A stretch of 59,944 nt of DNA from a virus (lineage: Duplodnaviria > Caudoviricetes), in the IMG/VR virus record IMGVR_UViG_3300005525_000005, positions 1 to 59,944 of that record; one strand, given 5' to 3'. The first letter of the stretch is position 1. Every line of letters starts with the position of its first letter. This document shows positions 35,758-46,499 of the stretch, in pieces. Under the pieces are notes generated by a model, which worked only from the letters and a program-made list of their open reading frames with translations, was not told the origin of the DNA and did not search any database. The translations under genes were made by a program, and so were the position numbers.

Positions 35758-37493
35758 CATTTGCGGCTTACTAAGCCACCTCTGTTGAATTTGTCAGTGA
35801 GATCAACAACTCTGCCTGCAGCCTTCGTATCGGTGTCGCTTACGTTGACGAGGTTGTACAGGCTCTCTAGGTTGTCAGCTTTCTCTGCAGCATTGTTCTT
35901 TCGCAACACATCTGCTGCTCTCTTGAACACTGGTGACTTAAACTGCAGCGTGGCAATAGCAGCACCGTAGCTGTGACCCATGCCTGTTTTTACTGATGTA
36001 AGCTTGCCCATGTTGGAGATGGCATAGAGATATTCTTTGGCGTTGCGATAGACATCTAACGCTTGCTTCTGACTCATCTCAATACCTTTGGTTTCAGAAA
36101 CAATCTTGTTGATGTTTTCACCAGCTTGTTTCTGACGCGCTCTAAACTTCTCATACTGAGGAATCTTCTCAGCAATCTCTGTCTGCGTCTGAACATCAGA
36201 GCGCCTACGCATCTTGTCCATCTCTGGCATAGCAGACTCTGTTTCAAACATGTCTGCTCTCGGCAGATTTAGCGGACGAGCGTTGCCGGGAACACCAGTG
36301 ATTGATCTGGCAATGGTGTTGAGGTCTTTCTTCTCATATTGATCTACCGACATGTTGACACGTGAGAACACGTAGTCAGCATATGGCATCTCATATGAGA
36401 CGAAGTTCTCAGGGTTTTTGCCACCAAATCTGTTGCTGGTGAAGTTCAGATTGACATCACTTGTCAACGACGGAGCGCCAACGTTGAGTTCGTCATGCTG
36501 GCTTGAGAACGTCGAAGGTCTTGCAAAGCCAGACTTCTTGATGGATTCAATATTTTCCTGTACGTTGCCGTGATACAGCACCTTGGCAGGCGTGTCAGCA
36601 TACTTCTTACGCAGGCTGTCTAGTTCCTTCTGCTTTGACTGCAGCGTCCTCATCATCAGACGCTGATCTTTGCGGGTGCTTAGATCGGCTTCTCTGCCAT
36701 ACTTCACCCTGAAGTCTCCTTGAGCAACACCAATGACAGCATCGTCAAAGCTCTCAGTATCTGACATGCGTTTAATACGCGAATAGTTGTATTCCCGATA
36801 TTTGCGAATGTCTTCAAGAGCAGCATTACGCTGCTTTGTCCTGATGAAACTCTTCAAGTCGCCACTGAGAAACTCCGGTGTCACTTGAGGCTCTGGCACA
36901 TCTTCAACATCCACCATCGGCTTTGCTTTGAAGTCAGCACCAACCTCTTCAGACGGTGTAAATTCCTTCGGCTTATACGGCAGCGGAGGCTGTTCTTTGT
37001 AAGGAATGCCTTTGAGCCATGCTGCCGTGCTTTGAAGCTCATTAGCGAAGGCTTCGTCATCAAGCTTCTTCGCGTTGAAGACGTTGGCAGTGTTGTTGTC
37101 TTTCAAATAAGCTTCAGCAGCAGCGTAGTCTTCGTCGCTGAAAGCTTTGTTGGGGAAGTTGTAAGCACTCTCAGGCGCTGCAGGTGACGGCAAAGCCTCT
37201 TCAGTCTGTGCAGCAAGGCTCTCACGCTTTGCCATCTGCTCAGACAACGACAGCATCACCTCTTCTTCAGGAACGGCTTCAGAGGCTGCAGGAGCTTCGA
37301 CAGGTGTCTGCGTAGGCTCTTCAGCTTTCAGAGCCTTGGAAGCCTTTTTACGGGCTACCAGAGGCACTTTAGCAGGCGCTGCCTCTACTGCCTGCTGTGC
37401 TAGTTCTTCTGACAGCGATAACGCCACCTTCGGAGCAGCTTTAGCGGCTGTCTTGCTAAGAGCCTTGCCAGCGAGTTTACCAATGAGTGCCAT
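35757..37493 (-). CDS. Probable ejection protein with ART-like domain
   Basis: LYHGN...I.K.GF, SLTSD, ETE; C-terminal FNRGGLV; last gene of internal-protein block. Confidence 0.55.
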   Translation of the reverse strand: MALIGKLAGKALSKTAAKAAPKVALSLSEELAQQAVEAAPAKVPLVARKKASKALKAEEPTQTPVEAPAASEAVPEEEVMLSLSEQMAKRESLAAQTEEALPSPAAPESAYNFPNKAFSDEDYAAAEAYLKDNNTANVFNAKKLDDEAFANELQSTAAWLKGIPYKEQPPLPYKPKEFTPSEEVGADFKAKPMVDVEDVPEPQVTPEFLSGDLKSFIRTKQRNAALEDIRKYREYNYSRIKRMSDTESFDDAVIGVAQGDFRVKYGREADLSTRKDQRLMMRTLQSKQKELDSLRKKYADTPAKVLYHGNVQENIESIKKSGFARPSTFSSQHDELNVGAPSLTSDVNLNFTSNRFGGKNPENFVSYEMPYADYVFSRVNMSVDQYEKKDLNTIARSITGVPGNARPLNLPRADMFETESAMPEMDKMRRRSDVQTQTEIAEKIPQYEKFRARQKQAGENINKIVSETKGIEMSQKQALDVYRNAKEYLYAISNMGKLTSVKTGMGHSYGAAIATLQFKSPVFKRAADVLRKNNAAEKADNLESLYNLVNVSDTDTKAAGRVVDLTDKFNRGGLVSRK

Positions 37494-37495
37494 AC

Positions 37496-40400
37496 TTATC
37501 TTCCGAATAGCTGATGCATCTGTTGTACCATGCCGCCTTTGGCAAACTTAGTTGGCTTAAGAGCTAGCTCTTTGTATTTTGGCAACAAGTCGTAAGCTTT
37601 GTCTTCTTCCATTGTTCTGCCTTTATGATCTTTGGCATACAACTCGTTAACAATTTTCTTCACTTTAGCTGGCTCACGAAGATATTCTATGCGGTTTAGT
37701 TTTGCTGGAAACTCTTGTGCAAATGTTGCTTCTGTTACTTTTTTAGCTTCTTCAACTGCTTTTTCAATAGCACTATTTATCCGCGCTTGTTTTTGTTCGC
37801 TTGTGAAAGAAGAATAGTCTGAACGCTTAATGGCAGAATCAACAAAGTCAAGGGCATTCTTGTTTACGTTCTGAATGAAGAGCCTGTCAAAGTCTTTGTC
37901 ACCAGTTGGACGACCATATACCTTGTATAGGTCTACGCTGTGCTTGATGATTTCCTTCTCTGCTGCTGTTGGTTCGGTAATCGGACGGAAACCAACAAGA
38001 CGGTTGAAGAACTCGCCTTCCTTCATCGGTGTTTCTTGTTCTTTGAAACGAGTAACGGCAGGAGGTAAAGATTCCTTAACAACAGGCAACTTCGCTTGTA
38101 CACGCTGTACAGCCGCTTCAGCCATGCGACCCGGCATTGTGTCAGCATTCAACACATTAGGATCACGTGCCATGATGGCTTCGTCACCACGAATCAAATC
38201 GAACATGTCGAAGATTTGCTTGGTGACGAACGGCTGAGTGAATCGCCCTAAGAAGTCACCTGAAATTTTACCTAATGATTCAAGAGCCTTTGCACCTTTT
38301 TCATCGCTTTGAAATACTTCTTGAATAGACTGAAGAAAGGTGTGTTGGGTGCCTGCTGGTGCCTTAAATCCAACAATAGATTCCATAATTTCTCTACTAG
38401 GAGCTTGTCCTGTACCGTTGGCAACGTCACGTGCAAACCAATCACCGAGTCCCAAATACTGAGCAATTGGAAAAATAGATTTAACGTCTACTGTCCCAGA
38501 AGGAGTTTTTAGTTCATTCCAATTTGAATCTAAATTATTCTTGCGATAGTCATATGCTGCTGCCAGCATGCCCAAACCAACAGTGGCTTGAATAGCCTTG
38601 GTAGCGCCTTCACGTGCCACCATCTCAGCCTTCTCAAGCTGACCAGCAGCACGAAGCTTTGCAGCTTGTGCAACATACTCGGTAGCACCGACAAAACCCA
38701 ATGGGCTATATTTATATTGGAAAGCAATAGCGTTGGTTACAAAGCGTGGGAACGGAATAAATAGTGACATGGTGGGGAGTTCTGCTCCCTTTACAAAATA
38801 TGCACCAGCCCTCTCAGACAAATCTTCAAATGCAGAAAACGACTTAGCATACATCTGCGGAGAATAAGAAAACGTATCCTTGAATGAATCGTCAAGAGCC
38901 CTCTTCAAAACTGATGTAGGGATGTCCTTGTTCTGAGCTAATACATCTTTATACAAATCAACACCAACACGACGAAGCTCTCTGTCAAGCGATGCAGCAA
39001 ATGATGCGCGGCGATACATGCCATCCATTGCGTTGTTGAGTGTCTGCGACCAACGAGAAAGCTTGTCGAGTGATTGCTCCCAACGAGTATTAGAAACTGC
39101 GTTAAGATCGACATCCGGTGTAGCTGAAGAAATGCGACTGAGCAACGACGGATTGTTCTCCAATACCTTTTCTGTGATGTCTTCAGCAAGACCATTCTTC
39201 CGCATGTAGTAGAAGGTGCCTATAGCGTCCTTGAACGAGTCGCCCATCGTCTGACGTAGGGTGGCTAGCTTCTTACCATCAGCAGCGTCTAGTGCCGTTC
39301 CTACGCTGTAACGGATGCCTTCAAGCATCTGCACACCCGTCTTCATTGAAACACCAATGGTGTTGCCGACGATGTTACGCGCAAGCGTATCGATACCAGA
39401 AGTGATGAGTGCTTTAGATGTTCGCTCAACAGTTCTAACACCTTCACCAAATCTTGTTAGCGCACTAACTTGATTGTTATCAACACCATACAATTCATTC
39501 ATTCGTTTGTCGAAGGCAGGATCAATTTCGCGCATGCGTTTGAGCGCCTTCGCAGCGACAGAATAAGCTTGTAAAATCTGACCAGCTTCAGACGCGGTCG
39601 TCTTCGTCATTGCAGCAAATTGATCTGGTCGCAAGCCAGCTTTGTTAATTGCAGACTCTAATGCTGCGTCATCAATTTTATCTACCTGTGACAATGTCCG
39701 ATTGATGGCATCGCTGACGAGTTCCTTTGCAGGATTAAATCCAAACTGCTCAGGATTGTCCTTCATCAACTGCAAAGCAAAGCGCACAGCCGTCTTGCTG
39801 TAAGCTTCCTGCACTTTGCTGTCTGTTACAGCCGCTGCAGGATCAACTTCATTCAACAAAGCCTTACCATAGGCTTTAACATATTGAGAATGAACAGTTT
39901 CAAAGTCTTTGCTGAGAGCGTTAGAAATAGCCTCTTCGTCTTTTGTCAGAGGTGCCGTAGGATTGGCAGGAGTGATGTTGCGACGAACGAGTTCTTCGCC
40001 AATGATTTCACCACGCTCCTTAATCGTCGGAGCCTTCGTCAGCTTTGCTGACACCGCACCGCTGACAACACCGGGCAATAGCGTTGCCATAGCAGCACCA
40101 GCAGCACTAAACTCTGGCACTTCTTTGCCTTGTTGTCGCGCTGTCTCTTGATCAAGACGCAATTGCGTGGCGTAGCTTGCTCCACCAATGGCAGATTCAG
40201 TGCCAGCAGACACGCCCACTTCAGCCAGTTTAGCTCTTTTACCTAATGCCGTTTTCTGTGCAGCGCGTGTTGTTGCTTCTTCTGCAAGCGATTTAACACC
40301 AGTACGAGCAACAATGCTGGAAGCTGCCTTACCAAAACCAAAACCTAAGTATGTCGATGCGTCAGTGAGAATTGCATAAGCAACATCAAGACCAGCCTTC

Positions 40401-41005
40401 AACTTATTCGGGTTGTCTTCAGCTTCCGAATAAAGCTGACGGAACTGCGCAATCTGATTGGCTTTATCTGCACCAGAGTTTTTAATAGCAATGAGTTCTG
40501 GCACCAATCCAAAGACGTTGTTGTATTCTGTCAGACGTCGATTGGTGTAAGCACGATCAACAAATTGCTTACGTGTCTCTTTAGCTGGATCAAAAGGACG
40601 CTCACCAACAGCCTTCATACCCTTGTTGATGACATCGAGATAGTCATCGCGAGTAATTAGCTCTTGATAGGGAATCTCTAGCGCTTTCTGTTCTTCCTTA
40701 CGAACCTGAATGTTTTGCTGACGTTGCTGTCTGTTCTGTGAAGCAAAGACACCAAAGGCAGCACCACCAGTGCCTTCAACGGGCGCTGTTGTTGACGGTG
40801 CTAGTTCTGTAGATTGCCACCGCTTACGAGCATCGGCAGCTTCTTTACGAATCTTCTCAATGGTGTCTGGAGTGCCACCAACGGGTGTGCCAAACTTTGA
40901 AAAGTCTGGTGTTGAAGAAGGCTCTACAGGCGTACCAAACTTTGAGAAGTCTAGCGCAGAAGAAGACTCAACAGGTGTGCCAAATTTTGAGAAGTCTAGT
41001 GCCAT
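37496..41005 (-). CDS. Large internal virion / ejection protein
   Basis: 1169 aa helical; three DFSKFGTPV repeats; PFPRF motif; C-terminal FAKGGMV. Confidence 0.75.
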   Translation of the reverse strand: MALDFSKFGTPVESSSALDFSKFGTPVEPSSTPDFSKFGTPVGGTPDTIEKIRKEAADARKRWQSTELAPSTTAPVEGTGGAAFGVFASQNRQQRQQNIQVRKEEQKALEIPYQELITRDDYLDVINKGMKAVGERPFDPAKETRKQFVDRAYTNRRLTEYNNVFGLVPELIAIKNSGADKANQIAQFRQLYSEAEDNPNKLKAGLDVAYAILTDASTYLGFGFGKAASSIVARTGVKSLAEEATTRAAQKTALGKRAKLAEVGVSAGTESAIGGASYATQLRLDQETARQQGKEVPEFSAAGAAMATLLPGVVSGAVSAKLTKAPTIKERGEIIGEELVRRNITPANPTAPLTKDEEAISNALSKDFETVHSQYVKAYGKALLNEVDPAAAVTDSKVQEAYSKTAVRFALQLMKDNPEQFGFNPAKELVSDAINRTLSQVDKIDDAALESAINKAGLRPDQFAAMTKTTASEAGQILQAYSVAAKALKRMREIDPAFDKRMNELYGVDNNQVSALTRFGEGVRTVERTSKALITSGIDTLARNIVGNTIGVSMKTGVQMLEGIRYSVGTALDAADGKKLATLRQTMGDSFKDAIGTFYYMRKNGLAEDITEKVLENNPSLLSRISSATPDVDLNAVSNTRWEQSLDKLSRWSQTLNNAMDGMYRRASFAASLDRELRRVGVDLYKDVLAQNKDIPTSVLKRALDDSFKDTFSYSPQMYAKSFSAFEDLSERAGAYFVKGAELPTMSLFIPFPRFVTNAIAFQYKYSPLGFVGATEYVAQAAKLRAAGQLEKAEMVAREGATKAIQATVGLGMLAAAYDYRKNNLDSNWNELKTPSGTVDVKSIFPIAQYLGLGDWFARDVANGTGQAPSREIMESIVGFKAPAGTQHTFLQSIQEVFQSDEKGAKALESLGKISGDFLGRFTQPFVTKQIFDMFDLIRGDEAIMARDPNVLNADTMPGRMAEAAVQRVQAKLPVVKESLPPAVTRFKEQETPMKEGEFFNRLVGFRPITEPTAAEKEIIKHSVDLYKVYGRPTGDKDFDRLFIQNVNKNALDFVDSAIKRSDYSSFTSEQKQARINSAIEKAVEEAKKVTEATFAQEFPAKLNRIEYLREPAKVKKIVNELYAKDHKGRTMEEDKAYDLLPKYKELALKPTKFAKGGMVQQMHQLFGR

Positions 41006-41007
41006 GA

Positions 41008-42522
41008 TTAGTTCTTGATGTACACTTGTTTATCTTTAGGGTTGATGTATGGTGTGCCCGGTGGTAGCGCCTCAAATTCTGCCGTTGTTTTAGGCTCTGC
41101 AGGTTTTCTAGCAGCAGCAGGCGCAGCCGCTGGCGCTCCCTGCCCAGCCCTACCCGGACCCGGTGTACGTGGTGGTGCAGATGCTGCAGGCGCTGGTGCG
41201 GCTGATGCTGCCCCTGTTCGTGGCGGCAGTGTTTTGGGTTCGGGTTTCACCTCAACATCTAAACTCCGCTCTGGTTTCGTTGGTGATAACACCTTATTGC
41301 CATCAAACTTGAAGAAAAACTCGCTCAATGCTCCTCTGACAAGAGGATTGACAACAGTGTTGTCTTGCTTAATATATCCAGATTGTTTTGCGGCTTCCAA
41401 TATTGCCTGTTGTTCGGTAAATAAGAGGTGTTGTTCAACAAGTTCTTGAGGCAGTTGCCCGTCATATTGTGATGTCTGACCAACAGTCCTTCCATTTTCA
41501 TCTTTTTGATCAATAATCTTCCAATCTTTCTTTCTTCCGAATGTCCTTAGAACAGCGCTATTAGCTGACCTTCTAAATATATTCCTATAAGCAGACTCTT
41601 TAGTAGGATCAAGCGGGTATGGTTCGTTTCTATCTGCATACTGTTTTCTTTCTTTATCGTCATTATCGAGATATGCCCGCGCCTCCTTCACTTGTTCTTC
41701 TGTATAGTTTTGTGGTGCCCTCACAATGTGCTTATATTTCGCCATAGTTTGAGCATAATCCGCTTGAGGTGGTGTAAGATTTTTACGAATAGTTGTATAG
41801 TTATTAAACGCAGTTCTTGCATCAACGGCTCTTGGATCAGTTTTACCAAACTCCATTTCTGCGCTGATTGCTCTAGCCTCAAGCCTAGCCTGTGTTTGCT
41901 CTGGAGTTAGTTCCTTCTTCTCCTTCTTAGGAAACGCATCAAAATTAATAGCACCAACCGGCTCAGGCATCTTAGGCCCAACACCAGACTCAGCACGTGC
42001 CACATCCTGCAGCGTCAAGCCACGTGCTGATGCAAGCTGTTCAAAGCGCTTGGTTTGAGACGATGCAGACGGAGCAAAGAATGATGACCGACCTTGAGGC
42101 TCCAGCAGCTTTGCAGGCTCTACTTGTTGTTTAGCACGAACAGCGTTGTTAATAGCATCATCAACAGTGCCTGTCATTGTTGAGAGAAGCTGCGTATTTG
42201 CACTGATAAAAGTTTTAGGATCGATCTTAAGGCTCATCTCCGGGTCTGATTTTGCTTTCTTAAAAGCTTCAAAAACCGTAGGAGAAAACAAATAGGCTTT
42301 CTGAAGCTCTGGATCGTCAACACCAAGCTGAATGAGTTCGGCTTTACGCGAACGAAGCTCATCCTCCATCTCCTTAGCTTGCTTCTCTTGCTGCAGCTTC
42401 AACACAGACGCACGTTCAATGCGTCCCTGCAGAGCAGCGCTAGAGAACTTGCGCTCTTCTTCAATGCGCTCATACATGCCTTCGGCAAGGCCAGCGCCAA
42501 ATCCAGCGAGACTAAATCCCAT
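41008..42522 (-). CDS. Internal virion / ejection protein
   Basis: MGFSLAGFGAGLAEG N-terminus; EFEALPPGTPYINP C-terminus. Confidence 0.7.
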   Translation of the reverse strand: MGFSLAGFGAGLAEGMYERIEEERKFSSAALQGRIERASVLKLQQEKQAKEMEDELRSRKAELIQLGVDDPELQKAYLFSPTVFEAFKKAKSDPEMSLKIDPKTFISANTQLLSTMTGTVDDAINNAVRAKQQVEPAKLLEPQGRSSFFAPSASSQTKRFEQLASARGLTLQDVARAESGVGPKMPEPVGAINFDAFPKKEKKELTPEQTQARLEARAISAEMEFGKTDPRAVDARTAFNNYTTIRKNLTPPQADYAQTMAKYKHIVRAPQNYTEEQVKEARAYLDNDDKERKQYADRNEPYPLDPTKESAYRNIFRRSANSAVLRTFGRKKDWKIIDQKDENGRTVGQTSQYDGQLPQELVEQHLLFTEQQAILEAAKQSGYIKQDNTVVNPLVRGALSEFFFKFDGNKVLSPTKPERSLDVEVKPEPKTLPPRTGAASAAPAPAASAPPRTPGPGRAGQGAPAAAPAAARKPAEPKTTAEFEALPPGTPYINPKDKQVYIKN

Positions 42523-42980
42523 TATTTCTTCCTCCGAGCAATGAGGCCACCAGTTTCTTCTTTGACTTCCTGCATTTCGGTGACAGCTTCAGCCATCACT
42601 TTCTCAATAGCTTCAATTGGCATAGTGCGCAGGGTCTGCATGTCTTCAGCTTGGATGACATACTTAACACCATAGATTTCAGCAAGCGCAATCATCAACT
42701 CCACCAGCACAGGCTTTACCAACATGCCAGCATCAATGGTGTGCATGCCTTCCATGACACCCATTCTTATCATGCCTTCAGCAATGGACAACAAAGGCAC
42801 ATCACGCTTGATGACACTAATGACATTAGTAATCATGTCTTCATCAACAAGCCTGTCAGAGTAGTAGTCAACGACTTCGTCTAGTGACACATACTTCGGA
42901 GGCTGCTCCCACGGAGCATTGCCGGGAGCGCCCGTCAACGAAATGCCGGGAATAGGTTGATGAAGAAAATCAGGTTTCAT
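42522..42980 (-). CDS. Conserved virion-module protein
   Basis: PIPGISLT..PGNAPWEQPP motif. Confidence 0.7.
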   Translation of the reverse strand: MKPDFLHQPIPGISLTGAPGNAPWEQPPKYVSLDEVVDYYSDRLVDEDMITNVISVIKRDVPLLSIAEGMIRMGVMEGMHTIDAGMLVKPVLVELMIALAEIYGVKYVIQAEDMQTLRTMPIEAIEKVMAEAVTEMQEVKEETGGLIARRKK

Positions 42981-43173
42981 TCTTTGCCTTCACTTTCTGT
43001 GCTGTCTTACGGATGGTGGCGATGTAAGAAGCGATGGTGTCGATGTAGTCGCTCTCAGATGATGGCATCTTATCCTTTCGAGACATGATGCCGCCTTCGC
43101 TCTTTGAAGGCTTCTTGTTCATCTTATTGATGCGCTCTTCAACCTGCGCCATAAACTTTTTGTAGTTTTGCAT
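42970..43173 (-). CDS. Small basic protein
   Basis: 67 aa, coupled; SEGGIMSRK. Confidence 0.65.
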   Translation of the reverse strand: MQNYKKFMAQVEERINKMNKKPSKSEGGIMSRKDKMPSSESDYIDTIASYIATIRKTAQKVKAKNET

Positions 43174-43182
43174 TGTTATTCC

Positions 43183-46100
43183 TTAGCCCTTAAATGGATT
43201 TGAAAAACCTAACCAATCAAGGCCCTTTTCAAGCCAGTTAAGACCTTCTTCAATCGCCTTTTCGCCAGTTTTTGTACCAGCAAGACCAACGAGCAGTTTA
43301 CCCCAAGCACCGCTAGTTTCAGCATCAATGCCTTCACGCTGTACATCAGCCCGCAACAATACTTCAGCAAACGACGCAGCCCTGTCTTCAGCGCGTTCAT
43401 AGCTATCGAACACCATCTTCACTTGATCGCGATAGAGTTGCACTTCGTTATTATATTGCGCCATCGTCATGTTGTTCATGGCTTGTGCGTTAGCGAAGTT
43501 GGCAGCGTTTGTTGCAGCAGTGTTGGCAGTGCTTACCTGCGCCAATAGTTGCGCGTTTGCTTGATCAATTACTGTGCGATTTGTAACGTTAAATTGCTCA
43601 CGTTGCGACTTTAGCTGCGAGTTATATTTCGCCATTGCATTGGCTTCACCAGTATTAAACTGCTCCATCGCATTCTTTTGAGCAGCATTAAACTGTGACA
43701 CCTGAGTGGTGAGCGATGCAGCAAACTGATCAGCCTGTTGCTTATTTGTAGCATTAAACTGCTTCGCTGCATTCTCAGCCGCAGCATCGGACAACGCAAC
43801 CTGTGCAAGCTGCTGCGCCTTGAACAACGCTGTCTTCTGCGTATTATCAAGATTCGCCATGTCCATTGCCAAAAAGGCTTGAGCATTCTGAACAGCAGCT
43901 TGTTGTCGTGCGTTCAGATTTGCCATGTCCATTGTGGCAGTGGCAGCAGCATTAGCAAGCACTACAGCCTGCTGATTGCTCATGTCTTGCAAGTTGATCT
44001 GCTGAATGAACTGCGCGTTTGCTATTGCGTTCTGTTGCTTTGCAGTGAAGTTCACTTGAGCAATTTCAGCAATGCGAGAAGCATTAACAATTGCTGTTTG
44101 CTGCTTGTTGCTGAGTTCTTGTCCCTTTAGAGATGCTTCAATCTGAGCATTGGCAATTGCTGTTTGTTGACGAGTAGACAAGTTTGCCAAATCAACTTGC
44201 AGATTTTCTGCAGAACGAGCAAGCATTGCCTGCTGTGAGTTTGACAGATTGATGTTGTTAACTTCAGCAACACGGGCAGCGTTAACAAGTGCTGCTTGTG
44301 TGCGAACATCAAGATTTTTCTCAGCAGCAGCAGCACGAAACTGTGCATTAGCCAACACTGTTGCCTGTGTATTAGACAGGTTCTGAGACTGCAACGAAAA
44401 CGCATTAGCGCTGTTTTGCAACGCAGCTTGCTGACGAGCATTCAGATTGGCAAGCTCCATCTGTTGAGCATTAGCAGCGTTAGCCAACGCCACTTGTTGA
44501 CGATTGTTTAGGTTCGTCAACTCCATCTGAGTGAATGTTTGCGCATCAGCAGCAGCAAGCGGTGTAACAGCCTCCATAGCCGCTTGAACAATGGCAGCAC
44601 CTGCCATACTGCTGCCACCAAGACCACGCGCTGCCATAATGGCATTTGCGTTCCTCATGGCACCAGCAGCCCATGCAGGAGTGCCGTCATTGAAATCAGC
44701 CATGTACTTCTCAAGCTGATTACGGACAGTCATTTCAGCTTGTACACGCCCCTGTTGTGCTTCGGCTTGTCCAATAAACAAATTGCCTTGAGCAGCTAGC
44801 GCAACAGCATCGCTATTGAGCTTATCCATTGTTGCTGCAACAGCCTGCACTGTTTCCATTTGCAGCTTTTGCTTATCAACATCGATAAGCTCTCCAGTAG
44901 TTACGTCACGTGTTTTTGCTTCAATTTGAGACTGATATGTAGACTGTTCAGCTTTGGCAGTAGGAGCGCCACCGACATCGGCAACAGTAGCTGCCTTAGC
45001 AAGCATCTCCGGTGTTTGTGCTAACGGCTCAACAGCAGATACTTCTGCAGCTTTAGCAGGCGCAACAGCTTTAGCGATAGCTCCTTCTGACAAAGTGCCT
45101 GTTTGAGCTACGGCTTTAGCACCTTCTGACAATGTGCCTTTTTCTGCAGTGAGCTTGTTCATCTGCTCTTGCACAGTGGGCATTGCTGTAGCGGCTTCGT
45201 AGGTTTGACCAGCAGCGACTTCTCCAGCTTTTGCCTGCTCTGCCTCTGCTGTTTTCGTCAGATCGGCTGTAGGCGCAGCACCGAGTTGATAGTCAGGCTT
45301 TGTAGGATCAAGCTTCAACCCATCTGTAGAGGTTTGTGCCGCTGTCACTTTCTGCGTTGCTCCAGCAATGGGAACACCTGTCGCTGAATATTCCATAGGT
45401 GACGTAGGCGCTGAAGCAGGCGCTGGCGTTGGTGTTGGTGTTGGAGACGGAGACGGAGCTGGAGCGGGCGGTGCCGGTGTAGGCGCTGGTGGAGCAGCAA
45501 CAGGAGCAGGAGTTACAGGCGTAATTGTAGTTGTACGCGGAGGACCAGAGGGTGCTGGTGTAGGAGATGGAGCAGGCGTTGGAGCCGGTGCAGGCGCTGA
45601 TGACGTACTATTCCAAGATATAGCTGGTGGAGCAGATGCACCAGAAGCCACCTCATATCCATTCTGACGCATCCAAGATATTACATCATCACTAACGCCA
45701 ACAGTTTTAAGCCACTCAGGAGTAATGTTGTTCTTGTTGTAAAAATCTATCTTTTTTTGTGCGCCTTCTGGACCCGTCCACGAATCCCACTCAGGCGGAA
45801 GCATTTTTTGTAAAGCCTGCTTTTTATCATATACATATTTTTCATTATATGCATTTTCATATGCAGCAAACTGTTGATGTGACTGAGGCCCATATTTTGC
45901 TTCAATTTGTTTGCGTATCGTATCTGCACTAAAAGTCTGACCTGAGAAACCTTCACGATACTTAATATATTCTGAAGCAATGTTTGTGTCGAAGTTTGTA
46001 GAAACATCACCACCAGTTTGATACTTACGAACAACACCACCCTTTGCCATATACTTATCAGCAACCATGCCATACTTCATCTGCAAAGCAGGAGAGCTTT

Positions 46101-46188
46101 GAAGAAACTCATCAAAGCCCTGCATAGGGCCTTCGTAGCCAAGCTTACGAGCTACGATTTCTTTTTGCTTTGCAGTGAATTTACTCAT
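43183..46188 (-). CDS. Internal virion protein with Pro-rich linker and Q/N/A coiled coil (ejection-tube-like)
   Basis: 1001 aa; MAKGGVVRKYQTGGDV; ARGLGGSSMAG; repeated NLxNxQQ. Confidence 0.75.
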   Translation of the reverse strand: MSKFTAKQKEIVARKLGYEGPMQGFDEFLQSSPALQMKYGMVADKYMAKGGVVRKYQTGGDVSTNFDTNIASEYIKYREGFSGQTFSADTIRKQIEAKYGPQSHQQFAAYENAYNEKYVYDKKQALQKMLPPEWDSWTGPEGAQKKIDFYNKNNITPEWLKTVGVSDDVISWMRQNGYEVASGASAPPAISWNSTSSAPAPAPTPAPSPTPAPSGPPRTTTITPVTPAPVAAPPAPTPAPPAPAPSPSPTPTPTPAPASAPTSPMEYSATGVPIAGATQKVTAAQTSTDGLKLDPTKPDYQLGAAPTADLTKTAEAEQAKAGEVAAGQTYEAATAMPTVQEQMNKLTAEKGTLSEGAKAVAQTGTLSEGAIAKAVAPAKAAEVSAVEPLAQTPEMLAKAATVADVGGAPTAKAEQSTYQSQIEAKTRDVTTGELIDVDKQKLQMETVQAVAATMDKLNSDAVALAAQGNLFIGQAEAQQGRVQAEMTVRNQLEKYMADFNDGTPAWAAGAMRNANAIMAARGLGGSSMAGAAIVQAAMEAVTPLAAADAQTFTQMELTNLNNRQQVALANAANAQQMELANLNARQQAALQNSANAFSLQSQNLSNTQATVLANAQFRAAAAEKNLDVRTQAALVNAARVAEVNNINLSNSQQAMLARSAENLQVDLANLSTRQQTAIANAQIEASLKGQELSNKQQTAIVNASRIAEIAQVNFTAKQQNAIANAQFIQQINLQDMSNQQAVVLANAAATATMDMANLNARQQAAVQNAQAFLAMDMANLDNTQKTALFKAQQLAQVALSDAAAENAAKQFNATNKQQADQFAASLTTQVSQFNAAQKNAMEQFNTGEANAMAKYNSQLKSQREQFNVTNRTVIDQANAQLLAQVSTANTAATNAANFANAQAMNNMTMAQYNNEVQLYRDQVKMVFDSYERAEDRAASFAEVLLRADVQREGIDAETSGAWGKLLVGLAGTKTGEKAIEEGLNWLEKGLDWLGFSNPFKG

Positions 46189-46499
46189 ACTACTTTTCTC
46201 GGTGAAAGTAAGGCATCATTAATATATGGCATCAAAACAGTATTGTCTCTAAGAAGAGCAATGATTCCGCTAGTGATACAATATACTTGCCTTTCTGTTA
46301 GTTCAAGCTGAAATATTTCGTCAATGATGTGCAACGATTCGTGCAGTAGTGTATCAGCTTCCAATAGTCGTTGTTGTCCATCTTTGATGACTATTGTGCT
46401 GTTTTCAAAATCTACACCACCAACTTTCTCATCAAATTCCTCAACCTTTATTACATCATATTCTCTACCAACAATTTTTAACGAAGATGGAATTGTCAT
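46185..46499 (-). CDS. Small HExxH (zincin-like) protein
   Basis: TLLHESLHII...ERQV. Confidence 0.65.
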   Translation of the reverse strand: MTIPSSLKIVGREYDVIKVEEFDEKVGGVDFENSTIVIKDGQQRLLEADTLLHESLHIIDEIFQLELTERQVYCITSGIIALLRDNTVLMPYINDALLSPRKVV

